A stretch of DNA of 64,000 bases from Phoronis australis. Lineage: Eukaryota; Animalia; Phoronida. Below the pieces are notes generated by a model, which was given only the letters and a program-made list of their open reading frames with translations, had not been told where the DNA came from and did no database searches. Shown one piece after another: positions 1 through 12,720 of the stretch (position 1 is the first letter of the stretch; each line of letters begins with the position of its first letter). The stretch covers positions 575,362 to 639,361 of the forward strand of contig NMRA01000040.1 in the NCBI GenBank assembly GCA_002633005.1, given 5' to 3'. The translations under genes were made by a program, and so were the position numbers.

Positions 1-658
1 TAACGGATGTGTTTGCTACTAACAGAGTATAACGGTTAAAAGCTTTTTTAATAATTATGCACTCGGTCAAAGAAATCAATTTTTGATCTAGACCACTTAA
101 AAACCGCTATGAACTTAGTCTTGGCTTGTTTCTTACTCAGTTGCAAAGTGGTTTCTGGGCCTTGGAAAAAGCTGACAGTTCATCATTGCTTGTGATCATA
201 CTTGGTGCATATGTTGACGGTGTGAAAAGTAAACTTGTAGAGCTTGGTCTCGATCAATGCTGAACTGTCAGTTGTTTTCAAGCTCACAAATCTCTTATTT
301 GACTAAGAAACAATTTGAGGCCAATGTCACAAGAGCAAGTGGTATAAATCAAAATTATTTTTTGTGACCAAGGCTGGTGTATAATCGCTTTATTCTGTGT
401 TCGGTCTTGTTGTGTAGGTTTTAACTGACATTAACACTTACTAATAAAACGTCTAAGACTTTTTGTGTAGATTTGTTAACTACCATAATTGAGCAGTAGA
501 TTTTAGTAGTTGCAATATTTCATCTATCTCTCTTAATAATTTCAAGAGCCAGCAAAAGATGACCTGTTTGCCCTTTCGTAATGCTGTTAAGAAACCTTGA
601 GAACTGAGACTATAGTCCTGCCTAGAGTTAATGGGTCTTTTGAATGTAGTCAAATTAT

Positions 659-990
659 GAGTGATTCAACCTGGCATACCTTAATAAAACTTAACATTGC
701 AGGGAATAAAGAGTCCCCTTCTACAGAATATGACGGAATGGCAGTCGCAGGCCTTCCCGCATTTTTCGTTTTACTACCAGTGCGACCTCTGCTGTTGAGT
801 AACTACTATGCACTCTGTCAGATTTAACATGTCCGAAACCTGTGGCAGAGAGCAATTACTCACCAACAGAGGTCGCACCGGCACAACAACACGGAAAAAG
901 CGGGAAGACCAGGGACAGCCATTCCAAGGGGACTGTTGTGTTCCCCGTAACATAAAGCTGTATTAGGGTATGTCCAATTAAATCACTTGA
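659..990. mobile_element. Foldback (MITE-like) imperfect palindrome in MICU intron
   Basis: Arms pair along their length, e.g. ggaatggc..cttcccgc-tttttc..gtgcgacctctg-tg-tgagtaa with ttactca-ca-acagaggtcgcac..gaaaaagcgggaag..gccattcc. Boundaries are approximate. Confidence 0.55.
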
Positions 991-1104
991 CTGCATGCAC
1001 GGACCTGGATGAATCACAATTTATATCAGCTTATTGGTCTTTTGAATGGTTTTTAATGACTGTTCATGAATGAAATGGATGTCTAATTTCTGACACCTTA
1101 ATAG

Positions 1105-4100
1105 GCTAAGACTGGGGACATTGATTACGTCGACACGACCCTCCTCGTTCACCTGTTTGGGCAGAAAGGAAAAGACACTCTGCGTTATGAGGACTTCCAC
1201 AGGTTAGACCCATCTACGGAATTCATCGCAGTGATTAGGCTAGATTTGTGGGCAAATCTAAGGCCGTTATTTATTCGTCTGTCAGAAACATTTTTAACTG
1301 TTTTTTCATTTGAAGCACTTAACATTATGAAACGGGGTTCATCCTGTTCTTTTCTCACTAGAGAAGTGTATTCTGGGATTGGGAAGTACTGGGAGTTCGG
1401 TAGTGTGCACTTGAGGTCATGCTTGGTGCATGAAATGACTCGTCAAGTCAACTCTAACTTTTTTTAAAACGAACCATGGTTTGCTCCAAGTTCAAACAGA
1501 AGTCAGTTCTAATCTGTTGAGATAGGAGCATTTTGAGAACAGTTTCATTGTATAAAGTGTCAAGTCAGCTGGTGCATAGCAGCTGTTCAAAGCTCTCTTG
1601 TTGAAAATGCATCAGAAGCTACAATTTAAAACTGGTTTAGAACAAGTTTGTAATGGTTTAACATGGCAGATGTAACCCTCCTAGTAATGAAGACTCACCT
1701 GGCTTCATAACTTGAATTCTTTCTTTTGATAGGCACAAAATTTACAAGAGACACTCCAGCCTTTCAACACAGGTCACACATATTAGTTGAACTGTGTTTT
1801 TCTGCAGTGTTTTTTACTAAATCCTCAATATTCAGGACATAGACGTATTCTGAAGAAAATAAAATTTGTGACAGGTGTTATGGCGGTTATCAGCCCTGAT
1901 TTTTGTTTCTGTCGCACAACTTTGAAGCTGTCTGAATAAAAGAAAATACAATTCAATAAAAATGACATCGGATAAACAACGCTTTAGCATTGTGAATACA
2001 TGAAACTTGGTGGACATGAAGAGTCTAGATGACGAAGTTGAAATACAATTTCTTTCGATCACGTACTTTTCCAGATACTTTTTTGTGGAATCGTTTTTAC
2101 ATCCCATCATGCAACTGTGGTAATTTGAGGGCATGATGACCGCAAAGTTTTCCTAACAAGTGCTATGGAATCCCTGCCCTTTAAATTTCCATTCAAGTTA
2201 TACTTGAACTGTAGGTGGCGCTGAATGTTTGTCCACGTACTAATCTGTCAACATCAGTGCAGTTCAATACGTCACTACTGAAAAGTGGTAATTACCCTCT
2301 GCTCAGTTGGCTCTTCTTTTCCATAGGTTCATGGACAATCTTCAGACGGAGGTTTTAGAACTGGAGTTCCAGGCATTTGCCAAGGGCATGCCGACTATCT
2401 CAGAAGTGGACTTTGCCCAGATCCTGCTGAGGTACACAGTGCTGGCCGAAGGCGAGTATGATGCGTACATGCAGAGAGTGAGTGACCGAGTCCCCCACGA
2501 ACAGGTATGGAAGGTTAGGTGAACTGTACTTTGTTGCGTTTGACCAAACTTGGCCAAGTCATTTGGTAGATAACTATACTGGGGAACCCAATGGTCGTCC
2601 GCCTAAGCATAAAACCGACTTGCTGTTGTACTCACCGAATTATTCCACTTCAAAGTTATGATCTGAATAGGATTCGATTTAACTCTCACAGATATACCGC
2701 ATTCATCGATTCGGAAGTTTTCTTTAATTNTCCAATGAGGTATAAGACCTCCACTGGTATAACTTGACATCTAATTTTCAGTGCAGTTCCTCATATAAAT
2801 CCACCTATTAGTGTATAAGTCTACTGTTAGTACTCACTAGTTTACGTAAAGGCCATTGGTTTTTGCCTCTGTTGCTAAGCAGGCTAGCGCAAAGCTGCCT
2901 TGAATTCAGATCATGCTGGTTTGTAGTAAAGAGAAGTGGTCGTTATGCCAAGTACGGAATTTATAATGTAGGTCATTGGGGTTGTGAACCCATGTCACTG
3001 CACATTATTGGGTCATGTTTGAATATTTCTACCCACGAGCTTATATGCATGACTTTCAGATATAAGCCCACCTGTTATATACTCATTACGCCCATCCCTG
3101 TTTTCTTTGGCAGTAACAAGTCGATAAGGATTAACTTTTAATTGCAACTTTAGAAATTTAACAAATGATTTAAATTGCCCAACTAGGCAAAGAATCTTAT
3201 AAAACGTTAGAAATATAAGAAAAAAGATTTGTATTCATTGTATGTTTAACTCAACACATTGCACTCTCTCTTGCAGGGAATCTCATTCAGTGACTTCAAG
3301 CAGTTTTGTCAATTCCTAAACTGCTTGGATGACTTCGCCTTGGTGATGCGTCTTCACACATTTGCCAATAAACCTGTATCACAAGGTACGTAGGGTTTTG
3401 GTAGATTCTAAAAAAATTGTAACCCTTGTGCCCTGAGGGTGGAACCTGCGATCGTAGTAGGTGCTTTGCTGTGTGATTGAGACGCTTCTAATTATTTGTG
3501 TGTTCAAGCTGCATTTTGCCTCGGGTTGCTGGCTAAAAACAAAAATTGAATTATGTCTTGTACTCTGATGAAATCTGTTTCGCAATGTTCCTTACCAGGA
3601 TGGGACCCTTTACAAACTAGAACATTGAAATCACCAGCAACACAAGAAAACACAGAGTCTATTGGAATTAAAAATGGTGTATGTACGCAATGTCTGTGAC
3701 TCGAGGTCTTTGGTATAAACGGAAATTTTGTTGCGGTAAGGAATATTATGAGACTGATTTGATGAGAGAAAAAGGCCTTACTTGATTTTTGTTTTTAACC
3801 AGTTTTACATGGCTTCAAGGGATGTACAGTACAGGATGATGGTAGTCTCACAATATGCTGTTTCCTCCATCTTTGATGACTAATTCTGTTATCATCAAAA
3901 ATGACTAGTAATCAGACTATTATGGCAACAAAAATTCAAATTATAGAATGGCTTAGTGAACTTCTTAATTTTCCAGTCAATTCCTTTTCATTGTTAGTAA
4001 TGTGGATAGGCTTCTCTGACAATGTATTCAGTTTCCGCCCAGCCATCTTGATGGGGAATACCAGATTAGTTTTCTTAATATTTTTGGAGTGTTGTGTGTG

Positions 4101-5155
4101 CTAGCATTGTTTTTATTCAATTTTGATTTTTTATAGAAATGACAACTTTCGATATGATGTATTACACTTTTCGCAAAGAAATAAAAATCTGAATGTGTGT
4201 GTTTTCAGAGGAGTTCCAGAGGGCTGTCTACATCTGTACGGGGAACCAGCTTAACCCCCACGTGCTCAATACAGTATTTCAGACATTTGATATTGACGGT
4301 GACGGACACCTGAGTCATGAGGAGTTCATATCCATCATGAAGAACCGGCTGTACAGGGGGTCAAGGGTGAGTGGGTGGGGCATAGAGCTGGAGGTAGGGG
4401 TGGGGCTTGGGTGATTGATATTGGCAGTGACGGACACTTGAGTCATGAGGAGTTCATATCCATCATGAAGCACCGGCTGTATAGGGGCTCAGGGTGAGAG
4501 AGTGGGGCATAGAGCTGGGAGTAGGGGTGGGGCTTGGGTGATTGATGTTGGTAGTGATGGAGTCATGAGCAGTTCATGTCCATTATAACAACTTTTGAAA
4601 AAAAGGTTAAAATCCTTGAAAAGGTTTTGAATTGAAAGATGTGAAGAAATGGTGTGGTTTCATGCTCGACTAGAAGACCTATTTTTAAATGATCCTAAAA
4701 ATGAATTGTTTCCCTTTTAATTGCATGGCCTTATGTACTAGGTTTTATGGTAGTAGTTGTATGGCTATTCTTAAGGTATTAATGCATAACATGGTGGAAA
4801 GAATTATTTTTTCTACAATTTAGCTACAAAAACAACGATTATGCGAATCCTTTCTGATTTGTATCTTGTGTTGTATTGCAAGTCTGCCATAAAACAGCAA
4901 CTCATGATGAATTTTTTTTGTGGCAGTATACCCTGGCTTTGAAAAACCAAAAATGACATTTATTTCAGCATTTATTTTCATGCTCAATAAAAGAAGATTA
5001 TTTTCTCTGCAGAATGGTGTTCTCGTGACGTCCGTTTTTGTAAATCTAATGTGTATGTTAAATGGCTTACTTTTGCATTTCAGCTGCACTCCTCAGAAGA
5101 AAGTCGACTGGAGATGTTTAAGTTATGCGTGAAGAACGAAATGAAGACCAAGTAA
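1105..5155 (+). CDS. MICU3: Mitochondrial calcium uptake protein, MICU2/MICU3 type (EF-hand), 5'-partial: join(1105..1202,2327..2504,3277..3385,4209..4366,5084..5155)
   Basis: Five AG/GT-bounded exons with matching phases (2,0,1,0). They translate to ...DTTLLVHLFGQKGKDTLRYEDFHR-FMDNLQTEVLELEF...ISEVDFAQILLRYT...-GISFSDFKQFCQFLNCLDDFALVM...-EEFQRAVYICTG..LNPHVLNTVFQTFDIDGDGHLSHEEFISIMKNRLYRGSR-LHSSEESRLEMFKLCVKNEMKTK*. This matches recalled MICU3/MICU2 motifs, including the canonical EF-hand loop DIDGDGHLSHEE and the C-terminal helix Cys. In an invertebrate it is probably a co-ortholog of MICU2 and MICU3. Confidence 0.9.
4287..4587 (+). repeat. ~127-bp tandem repeat (about 2.3 copies) spanning the 3' end of the EF-hand exon and its splice donor
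   Basis: The unit ttgatattgacggtgacggacacctgagtcatgaggagttcatatccatcatgaag...ggggcatagagctgg..gtaggggtggggcttgggtga recurs at ~4415 and partially at ~4542. Confidence 0.85.
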
Positions 5156-7798
5156 TGTGCAAGTCTTTTATCTATGTTTGCATGTTCTTGTCTACGTGTT
5201 GTTCAGACAATAATACAAAGAAGAGGATGTGTAGTACCTGTATTAAGGGATGGTCTGTGTTGTGATATTACCAGCATGAAGAGTTGTTCATGCACAATGA
5301 GGCGAGGTTAAGAACTACTGTCAATTAGCTGCATGCAAAGTAAATGAGGAACGTTGAATTTTTGACAAATAATTTTGGGCGCACGAAATGAGAAGAGTGT
5401 GCAAATTAAATGCAGATGTACTGTACTCAAGTCGATCAGAGGGAAAAGGAGCGCTTTCTCAGCCTTTTTATAAAAAGTTTCATTTCTTGGTCTCTTTGTA
5501 CCAGAAAACAGTACAACTTTAGCTCTCAATCTTACCAACAGTATGTGACGCAACTTAAATGTTTACTTTGGAACGCTTCTTGATGTAGGACATAAATGTG
5601 CTAAGAACCGCTGTGAATTCGTGTCCAGCCTAAATATTCTAAAATTCGATTGAGGTCAGTACTATTATGAAGCTGGACTCAATTTGTTCCTTACTCAAAT
5701 TAGAACTGGTGTTGGTAATGGGGATGATTGACAGTTATTATTGCCTCAGGCCATACAGGGGTCATAATGTGACCAGCTGGCCTTGGTCAAATTACAGGGC
5801 TTGGTGTCCAGCAATAATGAGCTATCGTCTCTTCCCAGCCGCAGAAAGCACTTGTAATTTGAATAAAGATCAAATTGAAACCATCCCAAGAAATTTTTGA
5901 CAGAAATGGGTTGATGGGAGCTTTATTTCTTTGAATGAACTGGGAGGGTCTAGTTAGGATGAAGTGTTGCGTTTCATCATGTGAAATTCTTGGTGATTTA
6001 GCCAGTCCATAGTGAAGTAGGAGTGCTAACAAAGCTTTATTAAGTTTGTAAATCACTTTTGTAAGAGTCATAAACGGAAGTCACTTTATTCTTTCTTTGT
6101 GTGTGTCGAATAGACTTTGTGCAATACTCAGCTAGGTGAATATTGTGATATTATGCTCAGGTTAGGTTTATGCAAGAAATCAATATCGAGGTAACTATAA
6201 ACTCGCATTCCATCACAAAAAAGAACTCTTGACTTTGACCGCGTGGCGTTGTGGAGTTGGTCTCAAGTGGTTCCTTTAGTGATTTCAATGCTAAGAAAGA
6301 TCTGACAGTTGGTTATTGCTTCATCCAAGGCTCCACAAACATGTCATAGTATGCACACTGCACTGTCTTAAGGAGGAATGAATTGTCGGCTCTTTGCAAG
6401 CCTGGTGTGGCATCTTGCCACAGGTAGCAGATGTTGGTGGATTATATTATCCAACATAAAGAATAATATTAACTTACAACCGGAATTACTGTATTCTCTA
6501 ACTCCTCACAAGAACGGTAATAGATGGCAGCACCAGCTTAGTCACTTAAATGGCAAGACACGACACCTGGAAATTATTACTCATCTGGGTAAATAACAAG
6601 ATGAGATCCAACTTTTTGTAGTAAGTGGTTTAAAGTAAAAGTTCTCTTCTTGGATGGAAGTCGGGTTCATTGCCAGTGTTGTCAAGGGTGTACATGCTTA
6701 ACTGCCTACTTCAAATTTGTTGGAGTTTTTTGCAAAATGTAATAGTGACTTAGATTTATTTTGTTTTCAGTTGAATTGGTTACATCTTAGAAAAGTTGTG
6801 AATGTGTAATTTAGCTTCTGTAGTCATCTGAACCTGGTTGCATATAACGTTATAGTCTCTGATGTAACCAAAAGTATCTCCAATTTCAAATGAGACTAAA
6901 TGCTAAATCTGACTTGCATTCAGTAACGCTTGGACCTGGCTAAAAAACAAGACTTCGCGAGATTATGCGAGACATTGCCGTGTATTTTAAATGAGAACAC
7001 GTGACTTTGACTAGATTTTAGCTAGGTCCTAGCGTAGGTCCTAGAGGTGGTCCTAGCATTCCTGAACCCATGCCTGGTCTCATTTCATTGTTCAAAGTCT
7101 TCTGAAGGCAGCTGTTGTATAGAACTCTAAAGTAAGGAAGTATTCATGTGGTACTACTTAGAGTATTTTAAAGAAAACTGTCCACTGTATTGTATTCAGC
7201 AATACTCGGTATCCACGAGGGCTTTTTGCATTAAATAAGTGGAGGCTGGGCCATGTTGTACCCCCATTAGCATCCAATTTATTTTGTACTGGCTTGGACA
7301 GCAAGCTTCATTGTATTGAATACTTGTTTACCTACAGGTTACCTGTGATCCATTGTATTTCATGTTCATGCATAACACTGACAGCTGCTTGTAGCAAAAC
7401 AGGTCAGGGCACAATCTGAAACGTTAAGTCCAGACCAAAAAATTCTGTTCAATAGGATGAGCTGAAGCCTAGCTTATTCTTAATAAATATTTCAACCAAA
7501 ATAAATTTAGCTCTGACATCTGTACAGAACATCTGTATTCCCCATATGTTCTGTAGCTTACCACATACATCATTAACAACAGTTATTTATAAGCATGTAC
7601 TCCTGTATTTTTGGTGTTTTTAATTGTAAATACCATATTCTCCTTTCATTGTATGTGTACATTTATATTCAAGTTCATTGCAATATGTTACTAAATATTA
7701 TTATATTGAACGTTTATGGGTTGTTATAGCCTTCAAAATATAATGTTTTCTCTTTGTGGAGTGAATGTGTACAATAGTACTTGTATGGTCTCAATTCA

Positions 7799-7804
7799 AA
7801 TAAA
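7799..7804 (+). terminator. Candidate polyadenylation signal AATAAA ending the MICU 3' UTR (also in the duplicate copy at ~12475)
   Basis: AATAAA follows an AU-rich, UGUA-rich tract, ~2.6 kb after the stop codon. There is no transcript evidence. Confidence 0.35.
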
Positions 7805-8050
7805 TAGTTAAAAGAGAACCATTTGCCATGAGTCAAATATCCAGCCCTGTGCAGGAAATCTGGTGTATTTTGAGACAGGCGTAGGCTGGTTCACTGTGAA
7901 CTTGCCATAAATGTCAGTGGCAGATCTAGGATATCACAAGGGGAGGCCCAACATTTTGTCCAGCTGTAAGCATGTCCTCAAACCATATTGTAGATGCGCA
8001 TAGCACCGAATGGGGGGAGGTCGGGAGGGGGGTTTGCCCCCCTCCCGCCA

Positions 8051-8491
8051 NNNNNNNNNNNNNNNNNNNNNNNNNNNNNNNNNNNNNNNNNNNNNNNNNN
8101 NNNNNNNNNNNNNNNNNNNNNNNNNNNNNNNNNNNNNNNNNNNNNNNNNNNNNNNNNNNNNNNNNNNNNNNNNNNNNNNNNNNNNNNNNNNNNNNNNNNN
8201 NNNNNNNNNNNNNNNNNNNNNNNNNNNNNNNNNNNNNNNNNNNNNNNNNNNNNNNNNNNNNNNNNNNNNNNNNNNNNNNNNNNNNNNNNNNNNNNNNNNN
8301 NNNNNNNNNNNNNNNNNNNNNNNNNNNNNNNNNNNNNNNNNNNNNNNNNNNNNNNNNNNNNNNNNNNNNNNNNNNNNNNNNNNNNNNNNNNNNNNNNNNN
8401 NNNNNNNNNNNNNNNNNNNNNNNNNNNNNNNNNNNNNNNNNNNNNNNNNNNNNNNNNNNNNNNNNNNNNNNNNNNNNNNNNNNNNNNNNNN
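8051..8491. other. Assembly gap (N run)
   Basis: 441 consecutive n. Confidence 1.
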
Positions 8492-9469
8492 GTCTGCACA
8501 AAAGTTGTTCAGAATTTAATGGAGTTTTTCACCATATACATATCTTTACCATCGTCTTGCTGTGAATAATTCTATTAACTTTCAAACTGGACACCCTTTG
8601 TTTTTATCTGTTTTCGCACATGAGAACATTATAGCTGACACTCAAAAACCGTAATAAGCATTTTTAAAAGGGAATTCATGGGATTTGCATGTTTAACAAA
8701 GCAGATTTATTGTTTGTAACATCACATCTACAAACAAGAATGTACAGTATATAACATAGGGCCTACCTCAACTTTGCACGATAACAAATTTATGAGTGGT
8801 GCAGTCGCTTGCTAAAGTCTGTTTTGAAGTTCACCTTGACATGCAAAAACTTGAATCACGGGTGGGGACACAAAACTATTCTGTGAAAAAGTCACAAAAA
8901 TATCTAGTTCTGAATGAGTTCCATCATGCGCGAATGGCGTGAGCCAAGCATCGTCGTAGGCCCGTCCAAGTTCAGCTTCAGGGACCGGTAACTCCTCCAA
9001 AATTGCACCGAGATCCGAATCGATAGAATCTGCATTACTTGTGACTGTTGTATTAGTTTCCCAGTCACTGTCACCGTCACTTTGAGTAGCAATTCCAGCT
9101 TGTTTTCACTATCTGAGTCCATGAACACTTCCTCAAGAAACTGGTCAACAGTCATCTTACCACGTTTGGCACCAGCCAAGATAAAACTTGCGTAAACTTT
9201 CAAATATCTCAGCAACAACTCACCACAGCCATATGTTGTAAATCAGAAAAATGTACAGGAAACTATGGACTGTGGAATGCGCATGCTCACATATATAAGC
9301 AGCATACGGGGCTTTCACAATTTCTGAATGAAAAACACCAGTGTCCTGGGATGAGTACACTCTCCTTGCGCAGTCTAGCCGTAGCTTATTATAGGCGATT
9401 GAGTACACCCGACGCATTTTAGTAGGATAATTGGCTTGTCGGCTGACCTCGCCTAGCGCAGGATAAGGG
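8492..9469 (-). mobile_element. piggyBac-like element (one end visible, the other presumably in the gap) with a decayed transposase N-terminus
   Basis: It ends ...gcgcaggataaggg|TTAA at 9470-9473 (terminus CCCT on the minus strand). Minus-strand remnants read AGAKRGKMTVDQFLEEVFMDSDSEN and EELPVPEAELGRAYDDAWLTPF, acidic like piggyBac transposase N-termini. A related copy starts TTAA|CCC at 15942. Confidence 0.65.
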
Positions 9470-12400
9470 TTAAGGTATTAGTGCATAACATGGTGGAAAG
9501 AATTATTTTTTCTACAATTTAGCTACAAAAACAACAATTATGCGAATCCTTTCTGATTTGTATCTTGTGTTGTATTGCAAGTCTGCCATAAAACAGCAAC
9601 TCATGATGAATTTTTTTTGTGGCAGTATACCCTGGCTTTGAAAAACCAAAAATGACATTTATTTCAGCATTTATTTTCATGATCAATAAAAGAAGATTAT
9701 TTTCTCTGCAGAACGGTGTTCTCGTGATGTCCGTTTTTGTAAATCTAATGTGTATGTTAAATTGCTTACTTTTGCTTTTCAGCTGCACTCCTCAGAAGAA
9801 AGTCGACTGGAGATGTTTAAGTTATGCGTGAAGAACGAAATGAAGACCAAGTAATGTGCAAGTTTTTTATCTATGTTTGCATGTTCTTGTCTACGTGGTG
9901 TTCAGACAATAATACAAAGAAGAGGACGTGTAGTACCTGTATTAAGGAATGGTCTCTGTTGTGATATTACCAGCATGAAGAGTTGTTCATGCACAATGAA
10001 GCGAGGTTAAAAACTACTGTCAAGTAAGCTGCATGCAAAGTAAATGAGGAACGTTGAATTTTTGACAAATAATTTTGGGCGCACGAAATGAGAAGAGTGT
10101 GCAAATTAAATGCGGATGTACTGTACTCAAGTCGATCAGAGGGAAAAGGAGCGCTTTCTCAGCCTTTTTATAAAAAGTTACATTTCTTGGTCTCTTTGTA
10201 CCAGAAAACAGTACAACTTTAGCTCTTAATCTTACCAACAGTATGTGACGCAACTTAAATGTTTACTTTGGAACGCTTCTTGAAGTAGGAGATACATGTG
10301 CTAAGAACCGCTGTGAATTCGTGTCCAGCCTAAATATTCTAAAATTCGATTGAGGTCAGTACTATTATGAAGCTGGACTCAATTTGTTCCTTACTCAAAT
10401 TAGAACTGTTGTTGGTAATGGGAATGATTGACAGTTATTATTGCCCGAGGCCATACAGGGGTCATAATGTGACCAGCTGGCCTTGGTCAAATTACAGGGC
10501 TTGGTGTCCAGCAATAATGAGCTATCGTCTCTTCCCAGCCTCAGAAAGCACTTGTAATCTGAATAAAGATCAAATTGAAACCATCCCAAGAAATTTTTGA
10601 CAGAAATGGGTTGATGGGAGCTTTATTTCTTTGAATGAACTGGGAGGGTCTAGTTAGGATGAAGTGTTGCGTTTCATCATGTGAAATTCTTGGTGATTTA
10701 GCCAGTCCATAGTGAAGTAGGAGTGCTAACAAAGCTTTATTAAGTTTGTAAATCACTTTTGTAAGAGTCATAAACTGAAGTCACTTTATTCTTTCTTTGT
10801 TTGTGTCGAATAGACTTTGTGCAATACTCAGCTAGGTGAATATTGTGATATTATGCTCAGGTTAGGTTTACGCAAGAAATCAATATCGAGGTAACCATAA
10901 ACCCGCTTTCCATCACAAAAAAGAACTCTTGACTTGGACCGTGTGGCGTTGTGGAGTTGGTCTCAAGTGGTTCCTTTAGTGATTTCAATACTAAGAAAGA
11001 TCTGGCTGTTGGTTATTGCTTCAGCTCAGGCTCCACAAACATGTCATAGTATGCACACAGCACTGTCTTGAGGAGGAATGAATTGTCGGCTCTTTGCAAG
11101 CCTGGTGTGGTAGCTGATGTTAGTGAATAATATTAACTTACAACCGGAAGTACTGTATTCTCTAACTCCTCACAAGAACGGTAATAGATGGCAGCACCAG
11201 CTTAGTCACTTAAATGGCAAGACACGACACCTGGAAATTATTTCTCTTCTGGGTAAATAACAAGATGAGATCCAACTTTTTGTAGTAAATGGTTAAAAAG
11301 TAAAAGTTCACTTCTTGGATGGAAGTCGGGTTCATTTCCAGTGTTGTCAAGGGTGTACATGCTTAACTGCCTACTTCAAATCTGTTGGATTTTTTTGCAA
11401 AATGTAATAGTGACTTAGATTTAGTTTGTTTTCAGTTGAATTGGTTACATCTTAGAAAAGTTGTGAATATGTAATTTAGCTTCTGTAGTCATCTGAACCT
11501 GGTTGCATATAACGTTATAGTCACTGGCGTAACCAAAAGTATCTCAATTTTCAAATGATACTAAATGCTAAATCTGCCTCCCATTCAGTCACGCTAGGAC
11601 ATGGCTAAAAAACAAGACTTCGCGAGATTATGCGAGACATTGCCGTGTATTTTAAATGAGAACACGTGACTTTGACTAGATTTTAGCTAGGTCCTAGCGT
11701 AGGTCCTAGAGGTGGTCATAGCATTCCTGAACCCATGCCTGGTCTCATTTCATTGTTCAAATCTTCTGAAGGCAGCTGTTGTATAGAACTCTAAAGTAAT
11801 GAAGTATTCATGTGGTACTACTTAGAGTATTTTAAAGAAAACTGTCCACTGTATTGTGTTCAGCAATACTCGGTATCCATGAGGGCTTTTTGCATTAAAT
11901 AAGTGGAGGCTGACCCATGTTGTCCCCCATTAGCATCCAATTTATTTTGTACTGGCTTGGACAGCAAGCTTCATTGTATTGAATACTTGTTTACCTACAG
12001 GTTACCTGTGATCCATTGTATTTCATGTTCATGCATAACACTGACATTACTTCATGACAGCTGCTTGTAGCAAAACAGGTCAGGGCACAATCTGAAACAT
12101 TAAATCCAGACCAAAAAATTCCGTTCAATATTATGAGCTGAAGCCTAGCTTATTCTTAATAAAGATTTCAACCAAAATAAATTTAGCTCTGACATCTGTA
12201 CAGAACATCTGTATTCCCCATATTTTCTGTAGCTTACCACATACATCATTAACAACAGTTATTTATAAGCATGTACTCCTGTATTTTTGGTGTTTTTAAT
12301 TGTAAATACTATATTCTCCTTTCATTGTATGTGTACATTTATATTCAAGTTCATTGCAATATGTTACTAAATATTATTATATTGAACGTTTATGGGTTGT

Positions 12401-12720
12401 TATAGCCTTCAAAATATAATGTTTTCTCTTTGTGGAGTGAATGTGTACAATTGTACTTGTATGGTCTCAATTCAAATAAATAGTTAAAAGAGAACCATTT
12501 GCCATGAGTCAAATATCCAGCCCTGTGCAGGAAATCTGGTGTATTTTGAGACAGGCGTAGGCTGGTTCACTGTGAACTTGCCATAAATGTCAGTGGCGGA
12601 TCTAGGATATCACAAGGGAGGGGACCAACATTTTGTCCGGCTCTAAGCATTTGCGCAAACCACGATTGTAGATGCGCATAGCACCGAATGGGGGAACGTC
12701 GGTTGCCCCCCCTCCCGCCA
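9470..12720 (+). repeat. Near-identical second copy of 4771..8050 (MICU last intron end, last exon, 3' UTR and downstream flank)
   Basis: Collinear over ~3.25 kb with scattered substitutions and small indels. The two copies lie on opposite sides of the N gap. Confidence 0.95.
9783..9854 (+). other. Duplicate of the MICU terminal coding exon (LHSSEESRLEMFKLCVKNEMKTK*), probably an allelic/haplotype copy
   Basis: 72 nt identical to 5084..5155, with an intact ttttcag acceptor. Confidence 0.8.

Noticed and set aside
540-600. Possible additional upstream MICU exon
   Set aside because: No convincing splice-site pair or recognisable MICU peptide.
4415-4493. Duplicated EF-hand segment as a separate cassette exon
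   Set aside because: No polypyrimidine tract, and the nearby acceptor-like ggcag is followed by TGA in the required phase.
7926-8569. Five long ORFs of 169-197 aa in the ORF track
   Set aside because: Artefacts of translating the N gap (poly-X).
4820-10771. Pairs of near-identical short ORFs (e.g. 4820/9519, 5308/10020, 5667/10367) suggesting a duplicated gene cluster
   Set aside because: They fall in intron and 3' UTR of the duplicated segment. Their similarity reflects DNA duplication, and some are truncated differently between the copies.
12591-12610. RAG/Transib (RSS-like) identity for the 5-bp-TSD family
   Set aside because: The termini are CAGTGGC/CATAGGC, not CACAGTG/CACWATG-like heptamers, and no nonamer or RAG1-like ORF is visible. 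TSD length alone is insufficient.
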